DNA of 63,171 nt, filler included, from Globobulimina sp. (lineage: Eukaryota): assembly GCA_003354225.1 (NCBI GenBank). It is 35 parts of 35 records of this genome, joined end to end, with 100 filler letters (N's around TTAATTAATTAA, not from the genome) between each part and the next. Parts side by side here need not be neighbours in the genome. Positions count along the whole stretch, not along the records: positions 36,169 to 37,875 come from PIVH01012876.1; positions 37,976 to 39,682 come from PIVH01012877.1; positions 39,783 to 41,489 come from PIVH01012878.1; positions 41,590 to 43,296 come from PIVH01012879.1; positions 43,397 to 45,103 come from PIVH01012880.1; positions 45,204 to 46,910 come from PIVH01012881.1; positions 47,011 to 48,717 come from PIVH01012882.1; 28 more parts are not named here. One strand, given 5' to 3'. The notes beneath the pieces are model-generated. The model had not been told where the DNA came from and searched no databases. It saw only the letters and a list, made by a program, of their open reading frames with translations. How positions within the stretch are numbered: the stretch's first letter is position 1; the number at the start of each line of letters is the position of its first letter. The position numbers were made by a program, and so were the translations under genes. Shown piece after piece: positions 36,750 through 48,817 of this stretch.

Positions 36750-37133
36750 TTATTCTATACTATCAATGGGTAACTCAATTCCTTCAATTCCATCCATCCT
36801 CATTTCATTGCCAACAGCGGCAGCCTTCACATCCACATTTTTCTTTTTTTTATGTTTCTCAAAACGTGGATCATTCCAATAATTTATGTCATATTTTATA
36901 AACTCATGTTTTGGACTGAATGCAGATATTATTTGCTTACATTCCTCCTCTGTCATCGTATTTGGTTCAATGTCTTTTGAGTTTATTATGTGTTCCAATT
37001 TATTTTTGTTGAATTGATTAATTTGTGATAAAATACCTTGTTGCTGTTTTTGGAATATTGTTCGCATTCGATCATCATCAAATACTTTACGAATGGTATT
37101 CCATACATCAGTTTGGAAGAATTCAGCATACAT
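36750..37133 (-). CDS. Hypothetical protein (exon)
   Basis: 127-aa ORF preceded by an AG acceptor. Confidence 0.4.
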   Translation of the reverse strand: MYAEFFQTDVWNTIRKVFDDDRMRTIFQKQQQGILSQINQFNKNKLEHIINSKDIEPNTMTEEECKQIISAFSPKHEFIKYDINYWNDPRFEKHKKKKNVDVKAAAVGNEMRMDGIEGIELPIDSIE

Positions 37134-37358
37134 ATTCTAATACAATGTTTAACATATAAAGTAATATTTAATCAGAATCATTTTATCATTTTTTTCCCTT
37201 TTACGGCTTTTGTATAAATAAAAAAGGGTATACCGTTTCTAAATCCGTAGAAAAAAAGGTGTCTTTCTTAAGATATAAAAAGTGGCTTTATAATAAATTC
37301 CGGATCGAATTATAATGAATCCATTCTTCGGAAATATCAGAATATATTTATTCGGACT

Positions 37359-37875
37359 ATGCGGAGTGAGTTTGTGAACAGTAAAGAAAAGAAAACTTCC
37401 TTGGTCATGAGGACAATTGTTTGCACTGCTTTCATGTTTTCTATTGCATATTTATTTGATGTAACCATATCCCAGTTTTATTGTGGCCCATCTTCGTATG
37501 GTCCGGTCTTTGACGGAGTTGATTTTGTGGCTCTCAAAGATTATTTCTATACAAACGGTACAGGCACTCCAGATTTCTTATTATATCCAATGAACAAAGT
37601 ATGTGTTTAATAGCATTGCAATGAGTACATTATGTTTGATATTTCCATTACAGTTTATGGGAGATGCACAAATTAATCTAAACGTTGAAAACTATACATT
37701 TTGGTTTTTATCTGAAGAAAACAAAAACAAATTTGCTGAATCGCCTACATCATATTATCCCCAATTAGGTGGTTACTGTGCCTTTGGATTAACAGGATAC
37801 GACAGTCAGGAACCCAATCCACGTACATATATTATATATATTATACACAGTATGAATGACATAGATTTGTAATAT
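37359..37875 (+). CDS. YHS-domain protein with N-terminal TM segment, spliced, 3' partial
   Basis: PVFDGVDFVA and YTFWFLSEENKNKFAESPTSYYPQLGGYCAFG. Confidence 0.75.
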
Positions 37876-37979
37876 NNNNNNNNNNNNNNNNNNNNNNNNN
37901 NNNNNNNNNNNNNNNNNNNTTAATTAATTAANNNNNNNNNNNNNNNNNNNNNNNNNNNNNNNNNNNNNNNNNNNNCGCC

Positions 37980-39497
37980 ATGATGTTTGCCTCCTCGTTA
38001 AGAAACAGAAAAAGCAAACGTGATGGGGAGAAAAATAATACAAAGGTTGGTGTTGGTGTTGGTGTTGGTATTGGACAAGAATCAGAAATTGAAACATTGC
38101 AAAATGCATTGCAAGAAGCAATGCTTAGGGAAAGGCAGCTGATTCAAGAAAAGGCGCAAAGAGAGGACGAGATGAAGCAACAACGGGATGCGGCAAAGCA
38201 ATGTATTCAGGTTTTGATGAAAGAGAAAAAAGAATTAATGGATAGCACAAATAAGAGAAATAAGACAGAGTTAGAAATTGAAGCAAAGCAAAATAAAAAA
38301 GATTTAGAACGGGTTTTGCTGAAATTGTCGCAAAGAGAGTATGAATATAATCAGTTTAATGAAGAAATATTAAAATTAAAATCCTCATTGACACAGAAAA
38401 CAAATGAAAACAATAAATATAAAAATAAAATTGATGAAATTGAGAAAAATTATCGAATTTCAAAGGATAAATTACAAACAATGCAAGAAAAAATTGAGAG
38501 AGCAAATCAAGACTCTGAGAAATTTATCAATTCGCAAACATTGCTGTCGTCGATCACGAATCAGCTAAAAGACACTTGCTCGAAAAATAAGATTATTGCA
38601 CAGGAAAAGGAGAATTTGCGCGATGAGCTAAGCCGCAAAGACCACGACATTTGTAAATATAAAACAGAATTAAGCGAAGCTAACAAATTAAAGACAATAA
38701 ACTTTGATTTGAGTTCGAAAATGGAAGAGTTGCGGTTTAGGGGCAAAATAGAAATCGATCAATTAATAGACAGCAATGAAAAATGTCAAACGCAAATCGA
38801 TAATTTGGAAAAGCAAATAAAGCAAAATCAAACTAACTATAAAATGGAAATAAATGATGGCGAGAAGGAAATAAATGTTTTAAATGAAAAAATAGGCAAT
38901 TTGGAGGCCGAAATGTCTGAAATAAATAGTAAATTTGAAAAAGAAATCAATATTTTGAATGAGCTACGAAATGAATTAGAAATCGGATATAAAATAAAAG
39001 AGAAAAAGAGAAATAAATTAATCAAAGAACTTCAAGAACAGTTAAAAAAAGAAATAATTAAATCACAAGAGTTAAAATGTAAAGTTTTAAAATTAAACGA
39101 TGAAAATAATGTAAATCATAATAATATAATTAATATAAACGGTGCATTGGCCATTGCAAAAAAACTCGAAATTTGCGTAAAAACAAATTTTTCATTAAAA
39201 GAGCAAATAAAATATCTCCACCAATCCATACAACAATTACACATCGATTTGGATAATAAGAAAACTGTAATCACAAATTTAACAAAAAGAATTGATATCG
39301 GTGCATTACCCACAATTAATCACAAAAATGATAATAATAATAATAAAAATATACAATTGCAACAATTACAGCTATTAATACAAGAGACAACTTTACAAAA
39401 TGCAATGTTGAGAAAAGATTTAAAATTAATGGGCTGCGAATTGAATAATAAAATCCAAAAAATCAAAAGTATGCAAAGACAGAGTGAACCAAAATGA
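37980..39497 (+). CDS. Long coiled-coil protein
   Basis: 505-aa K/E/N-rich heptad ORF. Confidence 0.75.
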   Translation: MMFASSLRNRKSKRDGEKNNTKVGVGVGVGIGQESEIETLQNALQEAMLRERQLIQEKAQREDEMKQQRDAAKQCIQVLMKEKKELMDSTNKRNKTELEIEAKQNKKDLERVLLKLSQREYEYNQFNEEILKLKSSLTQKTNENNKYKNKIDEIEKNYRISKDKLQTMQEKIERANQDSEKFINSQTLLSSITNQLKDTCSKNKIIAQEKENLRDELSRKDHDICKYKTELSEANKLKTINFDLSSKMEELRFRGKIEIDQLIDSNEKCQTQIDNLEKQIKQNQTNYKMEINDGEKEINVLNEKIGNLEAEMSEINSKFEKEINILNELRNELEIGYKIKEKKRNKLIKELQEQLKKEIIKSQELKCKVLKLNDENNVNHNNIININGALAIAKKLEICVKTNFSLKEQIKYLHQSIQQLHIDLDNKKTVITNLTKRIDIGALPTINHKNDNNNNKNIQLQQLQLLIQETTLQNAMLRKDLKLMGCELNNKIQKIKSMQRQSEPK

Positions 39498-39782
39498 TTA
39501 ATTGTCATAATATAATTTAAGAGTGTTTGCCTTGCCTTGCTTTCAGTTGCTTTGCTTGCTCGTGACGTGAATTGAAGTGAAGTGAAGTGCAAATAATTGA
39601 AATACAAAATTATAATAAGCCGAAACAATAACACAATAAATAAATTACTCATTTTAGTATTTTCTTTTTTTTCTTTTTCTTTNNNNNNNNNNNNNNNNNN
39701 NNNNNNNNNNNNNNNNNNNNNNNNNNTTAATTAATTAANNNNNNNNNNNNNNNNNNNNNNNNNNNNNNNNNNNNNNNNNNNN

Positions 39783-40595
39783 TTAATAATAATACCAAAA
39801 TGTCAAAAGGAGATATGTATATATTTTGTAACTTGGAGGCAATTGAATTGATTGTGATGGAGATGACGAAACAGAACGTATTAACTTCAATACTTTGCAA
39901 TGAACAGAATCTTGGAAAATTTTGCTATCAGTTTCTCCATACTCGAAAGTCTTACCTCCCATCTTTTCTTTATGTATGGCCAAATAACAAATTTCAACCA
40001 CACATTCATTTTTTATTTTATCTCCATTATAATAATTTCGAATAGGTTTCAGAAACGTTTGTTGCATAGAATCCATACTTTGTATTAATATATGTGCCTG
40101 CATGATTGTCCCACTTCGTTTCTTTTTCACAATTTTACCTTTCTTCAAGTAATAATTTGAAGTTAATTGCATATCAAAAAAGAAATATAATTCTCTATCA
40201 GTGGTAAAAGTAATTTGCTTAGTTTCATAATGAGACAAACCATGGTGTTCATAAAATGATAAAAATGATTTAAGCATACAAAGCATTTCATTACTTAAAT
40301 TTTCATATATATTATTCACTAATTTGTATCTATATTCTGTGTATAATAACACAGTTAATACTGCCAATGTGTTGCGCGTTGATATTGTTATTGGAAGTCT
40401 CACCTTTAACCACGGTTTCCAGCCTTCAAAATATTCATTCTGTCTAAAAATATTATCAATTGTTTGTTCAACAGTCGGTGAGATAATGCTTGATATTAAG
40501 TCAATATGAATACTATTTCTATAACCGAATCCTTTTAATTTGATGGCTTTAAAAAAACCGTCGATATATAACATCTGTTGTGTGTTGCTCGTCAT
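39783..40595 (-). CDS. Hypothetical protein
   Basis: 270-aa ATG-started ORF; no recognised domain. Confidence 0.5.
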   Translation of the reverse strand: MTSNTQQMLYIDGFFKAIKLKGFGYRNSIHIDLISSIISPTVEQTIDNIFRQNEYFEGWKPWLKVRLPITISTRNTLAVLTVLLYTEYRYKLVNNIYENLSNEMLCMLKSFLSFYEHHGLSHYETKQITFTTDRELYFFFDMQLTSNYYLKKGKIVKKKRSGTIMQAHILIQSMDSMQQTFLKPIRNYYNGDKIKNECVVEICYLAIHKEKMGGKTFEYGETDSKIFQDSVHCKVLKLIRSVSSSPSQSIQLPPSYKIYTYLLLTFWYYY

Positions 40596-40601
40596 GCTCG
40601 C

Positions 40602-40656
40602 TTTTTCATAATCGAGGTAACGTTTTTCATAATCGAGGTAACGTTTTTCATAATCG
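40602..40656. repeat. 21-bp tandem repeat TTTTTCATAATCGAGGTAACG, 2.6 copies, just upstream of the ATG at 40595
   Basis: Copies at 40602, 40623 and partial 40644. Confidence 0.9.
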
Positions 40657-40785
40657 CATCCCTGCTTTGCTCACAACTAAAACAGGTCATGTAATAATTT
40701 ACGTTGTTATATTTGTTTGGCTGTCAGATATTGAGCGGATATTATAAAATAAATACGCTTAACATGACGACGTCAATGAATGATA

Positions 40786-41489
40786 TGATTTGAAAATGAA
40801 AAGATGTCCCAATTACACTCAAAATCACATTATATTCACAAACCAATCCAAATCGCATGGAATACCATTCAATATATTCCATTCAATACATTTCAATGCT
40901 ATCAATACATACGATCATATTAAGAAAAATCCGTATATATTTTAGTCAATCTGTTATTGCAAATGCAATCAACGCAGTCAAATCAAAAAACATAGTCATA
41001 TGATACAGTCACAACCACAGTCAAAGTAAGAGAGTGATGCCAGAGGTTACAATGTGGTCATTGTGGTGTTTTGAAACGATGAAAAAGCGCAAATATGATG
41101 CTTTAAGACTATTGATATTATTTGAAAATGAAGAAATGCTCCATTTACACTCAAAATCACATTATATTGACAAACCAATGCAAATCACATGGAATACCAT
41201 TCAACATATTCCATCCAACACATTTTAATGACATCAAAGTATGCGATGAATTTAGGAAAAATCCGTATAAATTTTTATTTTGTATATATTTTAATCACAA
41301 AAGACAGTCAAAGCAAGAGAGCGAATTATCGCCGGTTAAAAGAGTGAATTCCCACCGGTTACAATGTGGTACGTAAAGAGACAGAATTTGCGACGGTCAT
41401 TGTGGTGTTTTGACATGATTTGAAAATGAAAAGATGGCCCAATTACACTCAAAATCACATTATATTGACAAAGCAATCCAAACATATTT
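40786..41489. repeat. Degenerate ~300-330 bp tandem repeat, about 2.3 copies
   Basis: ATTTGAAAATGAA...TTACACTCAAAATCACATTATATT recurs near 40788, 41120 and 41418. Confidence 0.85.
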
Positions 41490-42109
41490 NNNNNNNNNNN
41501 NNNNNNNNNNNNNNNNNNNNNNNNNNNNNNNNNTTAATTAATTAANNNNNNNNNNNNNNNNNNNNNNNNNNNNNNNNNNNNNNNNNNNNATGACATATAT
41601 AATGATGAACAACAATAATCCAACAACACCATAATACCCACAAACAAACACCACTCAAATTCATTGTTTTTGTAATCTCCAATTTATCCCTTCACCGTCA
41701 TATCTCCAATACCCATCGCGTTCTGCCGAATACACCAACATCATCGGCAATGATGTGCCGCCCATTCCTCATATTCTCGAAAATTACACCATGCAAAAAG
41801 CACTTTGTACATCAACACTTGTTCCATTTTATCCGTATCCCTTTTCCATTCTTTATACCGCTCAAAACTGTCCATATATTCCATTGTCTATTGTGTATAA
41901 CCAAAGTTTCAGCTCATCCCCTCAGGTATACTATTATCTCGCTTTACGTTTGTAAATATGTCTTTTTTTATCTTGCTCTCAAAACGGGTCTATATGTTAG
42001 AGAATGCACACAACAAAAAATGGAATCGATTCATAATATTATATTACAGTAAACAAAGTAACAAAAAATTGCGATATTCCATCCAAACGCTTGATGCAAA
42101 AAATAAATG

Positions 42110-43296
42110 CTATATTCCAAATTGTGGATAATATGATATTAAAAATCGAATCAAATCATCATTAAATGTTGTAAATAATTTATATTTCTTTTCAATTTCT
42201 TTTATATATCCATTCAGCAAAACATTTGTCATTTTATCATATTTATTATGCAAATGCGAGGTAATAATATCATCAATCAACAATTTAAAATGATATCTGC
42301 GGCCACCCACAAAATGCAACCATCCATCCATTGTATTAATAATATGCGGCTTTGCTCTCATATCAATGGACGGACATTTCTTATGTGATTTGTACCATTT
42401 ATTCTCATTCAAATCCAACATCCATATTTCCTTATTATTCTTGCTAAAAAAATAAAATATAAATACCAAATATTCACATACATTCACCGCGAAATAATAT
42501 ATGCAATCTCCAGGTAATTTTATATCGGATTTGTTCCATTGAAATCCGTTCATATCGTCACAATAAAAAACATCATTTTTACCACTAAAATTGAGAAATT
42601 TTTTTAAATATTTGATATAAATTATTTTCGCGTTATTTAAGTGTTGAAATCCTTTCATTTTAGAATCGCTTATTTCAACACATTTGTTTACAATTTTATC
42701 GTACTTTATGTGATATGAAACAGTTACATTTTCTATAAATGACTTAAAATTTCCCCGTTGCGTGCTTTGTTGGATCGACTTTCCAAAAATATGCAAGTCA
42801 CTGTCCACCCAAAACATAGATGGCGACCACATAGTTTTGACGCCATACTTATCAAAATTATCCATATCCTGAGCCATATTTTTACATAAAACCTGCCAGC
42901 TTCCATTGTTTAAGTTGAGTTTACCGAAAACTCCTTAGTAGTGACAATGTGTAGAAAACATTATTAAAGAATAAATAGCAAACAAAATCACACCTGTTTT
43001 CCCACCAAACATGTACAAAATATGTCTCTCATCAGACACTCCTAAAATATTGCCATTATTTATGGGCGTAAAACCATGCGGATATTGTATGAAAGATATA
43101 CATTTCATGTTGGATTCATTGGTGATGTCATATTTATTCACAAACTAATCGTCATTACAACCACTTGTAATTATTAAATATCTCTTTCTGTCAATATTGG
43201 AATAAAAGTAAACCAGCGATGAATTATTTGTGTTTTTTAATTTTTTTAACTTTGCAAAGTATTCACATTTTGTAGTATATGTATTCAATGGCGGAC
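42110..43296 (-). CDS. Kelch-like beta-propeller protein, spliced, in-frame TAG at 43145-43147; 5' partial
   Basis: LYMFGG, LHIFG, IWMLDLNENKWYKS, LHFVGG repeats. Confidence 0.65.
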
Positions 43297-43396
43297 NNNN
43301 NNNNNNNNNNNNNNNNNNNNNNNNNNNNNNNNNNNNNNNNTTAATTAATTAANNNNNNNNNNNNNNNNNNNNNNNNNNNNNNNNNNNNNNNNNNNN

Positions 43397-45103
43397 TATT
43401 GACGTTACTATCAACCACATTATTACATGCTACAGATTTGCGTCCGGATACATCACATATAAAGCATGTCCATGTGATATATTCTAATCATTTGGATGTA
43501 GGTTTTACTAATTTTGCACGTGACGTTATCAACGAAAATTTTCATGAATATTTCGATCGCGCGATTCGGACTGCAGAAAAAGCAAAGAAGTTAAACATAA
43601 CCTATAAGTATATGACACATTGCTATTTAGTATCATTATTCTTACACTGTCCACCTTCAATGGGTATTAAATGTCCATCCTCTGAGGCTATAAACAGATT
43701 TATAACCGGTGTTCAAAATGGCTATATTTATTGGCATGCGTTCCCATTCAATTCCCAGCAAGAAAATTATAATCCGGCAATGTTTGAATTTGGCATACAA
43801 CTATGTCAGGATTTATATACTGAGTTAAACATAACAACCAGACCACACTCCATTGTTTTATCTCAACGCGATGTGCCCGGTATGACCAGAGGCGTCATCC
43901 CATATTTATTAAAGCACGGAATCAGAGCAATATCAGTTGGTGTTAACAGTGCTTCAGCTCCACCCAATGTACCTGATATATTCAGATGGAAATCAGTGGA
44001 TGGAACGCAAGAAATATTAGTCATGTATCATCCAGGTGGTTATGGCGGTATTCATGCCAAAGATTGTCCCATAATCAATAATAACATCACATCGTACGAT
44101 CGCACCTTAGCTACATTTTTCCGTCTGGATAACCACGGACCGCAATTCATTGAACAAGTTATTAAAACGGTGCAGCAAATCGGCCTGGAATTCGAAAACG
44201 CAGAGGATATATTTGGCAGCACTTTCACCCAATTTGTTTCTGCAATTTTGGACAATAACACAGTGTATAACTCATTGCCAGTCATTGACCAAGAAATTGG
44301 TGATACGTGGTATGCTGTTTATAATTGGTCATACAAATTGCATAGTTTTTTTTGAAATGACACAGGTCATTTGGTGATGAAGCTGATCCATACAAGGCCT
44401 CCATCACACGGATAATGCAAAGAAAGCGTGCAGAATATTTGAGAGTGTATGGCAGTGGGAATGTAAGTGCTGCATTTTATAATTTTAGTAGGTTGCTGGT
44501 GAAGTGTGGAGAGCATACGTTTGGAGCTCAGTATGTGTATTAAGTTATCTTTCTTGCTATAAATAAATTAAACAATTGTTAGTATGGGATTTTTAGATCC
44601 GGTGAAAGGTGAAATTATTGGAATATTCACGAATACCTCGTCGGAATATTATGCGTGGAGCAATGCGGAATTTGAGGCTGTGAAGGATTCGAAGCATATG
44701 ACCCAACTCAGAGAGTCATGGTATGAACAAAGAAATTTGTCGTATTATTGGCCATTGCAAGCATTGGGTGTTACAAATATTGCATCGGAGAGAAAGTTAT
44801 ATAGCTCAATAATTGATGAAATTGCAAAGATAACCGATCCGATATCACCTCTTCGTGATGCACGTTTTAAATGGGAGTTGCAAAACAATTATACATTTTA
44901 TGTAGGGTTAAATAAGAATTTTGAGGTGGAATTTGATGCAAAATATGGAAGTATTTCCTCGTTGATTGATATTGGAAAGAAAAATGGGACAAATTATGGA
45001 AAGGGTATTGGACTATTTCTATATCAAACGTTTACAGAAAAAGAGTTTAATGAATATATCCGACAATATTCAATCAAACCGGATCGTATTTGGGTGTATT
45101 ATA
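43397..45103 (+). CDS. DUF5054 / GH38-like glycoside hydrolase-fold protein, spliced, partial
   Basis: VIYSNHLDVGFT, YWHAFPFN, QRDVPGMTRGVIP, DNHGP, EIGDTW|SFG..ADPYK. Confidence 0.8.
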
Positions 45104-45203
45104 NNNNNNNNNNNNNNNNNNNNNNNNNNNNNNNNNNNNNNNNNNNNTTAATTAATTAANNNNNNNNNNNNNNNNNNNNNNNNNNNNNNNNNNNNNNNNN
45201 NNN

Positions 45204-46868
45204 CCAATTCCATCACTAAGCGTCAAAGCAAATTGTGTTGGAATGGAATTATACACATATTATTATGACCCAACAACACCAAATATATTATTAATTCAAC
45301 AACCATCACCAACAAAGAAATGCCGATTTTATATGATTAGACATGATTTAGAGACTGGTAATATCAGTGTAGAAACAGAGGGAATTGCGCATGACGGCAA
45401 AATGTTTTTTTTAAACTATACAAAAGCAGCTCAAGCAGCACTGCCACAAACAGGATATTTGTCGCCGAATAAAGCAAGATCATCGATCTCATGGTATGTT
45501 CCAGATTCCTCATATCAATGGAAACCTGTTATGGAGAATGAAAATGGAGCATTTTTGAATTATTTTATGACAAAATCTAATACACAATTTGATATTCAAT
45601 GTGCTGGCTTCAAGGTATATTTTATATCAGTGTTCTATTGAAAGTTATTGGGTTTTTCTAATATACTTCAAAGGAGATGTTATTACTCAACATTCGGCCG
45701 ACAATGATTGATAATGGCATAGTAATATCATTTCAAAGTACAGCTACATTTTATTTGATACTCAATGATCAAATGGTGTTTATAAAAGATAACGTATGTT
45801 TTATCAAATATACATATATTATAATTGTCTGTTGGCATGCCTCAGAATGATAAAGTGGTAGAAATTGAATATCTAAACCAACAATTATTTACAACCAATA
45901 TATTCAATTCCTTCTGGATGGTCTGGTTTGGTGGCTGGCTTTATTTTGGATTTGGTGCGTATCCAATTCAGTCATTAAATGCATCCGATCCGTATATAGA
46001 TAGCATTGTTTTCTCTAAATTTATATCTAATGACTTTATCGACATCAAAACAATTACTTTCAATCCATCCAAATATGAAAACAAGAATGAAGTAATATGG
46101 CATATTGGTTATGTACCAAATAACATTGAATATTTGGGTTGTTTTGGACCAATCAATGAAAATCGAGAAACCTACAATCAATTCACTCATATTGCAGATA
46201 CTTCATTTGCTGTATTTAAACCGTCAGATTGTAAACAGGGCTGTATATTAAACAGTGTCCCATTACGAATGCACCAGATATATGGCATTGAAAGCGGTGT
46301 GGATTGTTATTGTGCTGTAACATATGGCATATCACCATCCCTTTGCATCCCTGACAATAAACAATCATGTTTTTGTGATACCAAATGTCGTAATTCTGGT
46401 CTGAAATGTGGCGGCGATTATTTACTGTCCTTATATTTAATAAAAGATCAAACAGCTTCTGTAACGTCCATAACACCAATATTTGATAGCAATGCGATCA
46501 TTGATGCTGTGCCAAAAACATTAGTTTATGAGGACACTGATTTTCTTTCACCAATTTCAGATAATAATAATAATATCAATGAAAAATATAAAAAATACAA
46601 TTATTTGGACACCGCAGCAAAGAAAATGAATTTGAAAATCAAAGAAATATATGTCGTAAGTAAACAAAGATCTGCATTAAAATTCTGGAATGATCAGTAT
46701 TGGATTATTGACTTTGTATTAGCATTCGAACCAACAACAATGTCCGCAAAAGATAATGTAATTAAAATTGCCGAAGAAATATCACAATCAATAACAGTGC
46801 AATGTTATCACAAACATATGGAACATTTGGATGCAGCGTACTTTCAATTTGCTAAATTTGTTACGTGA
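45204..46868 (+). CDS. WSC-domain-containing protein, spliced, partial
   Basis: EYLGCF...CKQGC...GIESGVDCYC...CDTKC...CGG WSC Cys pattern. Confidence 0.7.
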
Positions 46869-47034
46869 ACAGCAAATGTGAAGTTCTCATGGAAAGTAAA
46901 GACAATTATANNNNNNNNNNNNNNNNNNNNNNNNNNNNNNNNNNNNNNNNNNNNTTAATTAATTAANNNNNNNNNNNNNNNNNNNNNNNNNNNNNNNNNN
47001 NNNNNNNNNNAATTACATATACACAAAATCATAC

Positions 47035-47790
47035 ATATTTAAAATAATTACAAATTGAAAATATAATGGAATTAATTTTCGTGCTCTCCAATTTTTTTTT
47101 GCAAAAGATCTGAATATAAAAAATCAAATGAAATTCCCAAACATGTAAAATGTGTACGAATGTAAATGTAATTAACTCTTTGCAGCAATCTTGGATTGAT
47201 ATCAAATAAAAGACACTCGATGCCTCAAATGGTGCCAATGTTAATATAGATATTTGTCTGTAAACATTATACATTTGCTTTTTATATTGATACACAAAGG
47301 CTGTATCTAATAAATATAATGCAATTAATATTACACATTCCAATATAAATGAAACTTTGCGCACTGAAAATGATTGAACAAATTTGCTTTGTTCCATATG
47401 AACCGGTTTAGCTTTAATTGCATGGAAATTCTGAGTCGCAAATAAACAAATTAAAATTCCCAACACATGCATTAAAATCCAAAATATATTCGTTATACCA
47501 CATAAATAATCGTCACCAGCAAATTGAATATTAATTCTAGCTGAAGATATTTCAATTTCTTTCCGTGTGATCAGCTGTATTGCATCCAAAATTATGACTA
47601 TTTATTAATTTATTTTAATTATTGTGTGCATTCGCATTGATATAAATCACTTAACATATAATAGCAAAGAATGCCATAATACTTGCTTTAGAACGCAATG
47701 TACGTTTTCGATTTTGAAGTTTTCTTGAAATGAGCTTAGTAGTTAATACCATCCACGATGACAAAGTTAATGACAGCTGCTCAGGCTATT
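47035..47790 (-). CDS. 5' exons of a multi-TM + SAM-domain gene (intron 47110-47176 and upstream introns); continues at 48574
   Basis: Hydrophobic exons joined in frame by GT-AG introns; last donor at 47034 (= 48649 in the repeat copy). Confidence 0.6.
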
Positions 47791-48072
47791 ATATCACGCA
47801 ATTGCAAAAACTGATACATGGTCGTAAAGTATCAACTCACGGTGAATTACGTGATTATCTTATTTATAACTATCAATCTATGACTATATGAAACACTTTT
47901 TTTAATTATAACTTTTTGAATTGAAAATTAAAATGCAGACGTCACAATTAAGTTTGATAGGACATATCTTATATTAATATATCTTATAATCAATACAGTA
48001 CACAATCCATATATATTTAATTGCATATAATGTATAGATCGACACTCCGCAATTAATTGAGCTAAAATACAT

Positions 48073-48574
48073 TTATTGTTTTAAATTCAATTTATTAATT
48101 TCCCACAAAAGTTTAGTTTGATGTCCTTTTAATTTGATTCCAATTTCATCCAAATCTGCTTTATTTTGAATTGCTTTTATATTTTGTAATGATTCATAAC
48201 CATTTTCAATAAATAAATCAAAATATTGACCAAAGGCGGCGCCAACATCGTTTGTCAACCATTGCTTTACAGCGTATACATCTTTTTTTACAGGTTCTAC
48301 TTTTATATCATGCATATTTGGCAATGTTGCTGCTCTTTCTTTAGTTGAGCGACTAACCGAAGATTGTCCAGACTCAGCTCGTTGTAGTTTGGGTGACTTC
48401 TCATTTAATACATTATGTTTTGCCAAATTAGCTTCAATTAATCGTGGATTAGTAATGGTTATTTTTGGTTTATAATGGTTTTGAGCCCATTCATATTTAC
48501 CATACAATTTAAATAAAGAGGTTACAAATAGTATCAATAAACGTAATGCAGCAAAGGAAAAGGAATAGGATAAC
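48073..48574 (-). CDS. Terminal exon with SAM domain
   Basis: VKQWL...QYFDLFIENGYESL...DLDEIGIKLKGHQTKLL. Confidence 0.88.
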
Positions 48575-48817
48575 CTCGTTCGTTCATCATCCAATTTATA
48601 TTGATGATAATATGTCATTTTAAATAATTACATATACACAAAATCATACATATTTAAAATAATTACAAATTGAAAATATAATGGAATTAATTTTCGTGCT
48701 CTCCAATTTTTTTTTGCNNNNNNNNNNNNNNNNNNNNNNNNNNNNNNNNNNNNNNNNNNNNTTAATTAATTAANNNNNNNNNNNNNNNNNNNNNNNNNNN
48801 NNNNNNNNNNNNNNNNN

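Larger units (their letters stand above)
47011..48717. repeat. Contig with identical 92-bp direct terminal repeats (47011-47102 = 48626-48717); 1615-bp circular or tandem unit
   Basis: Direct sequence comparison of both contig ends. Confidence 0.95.
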
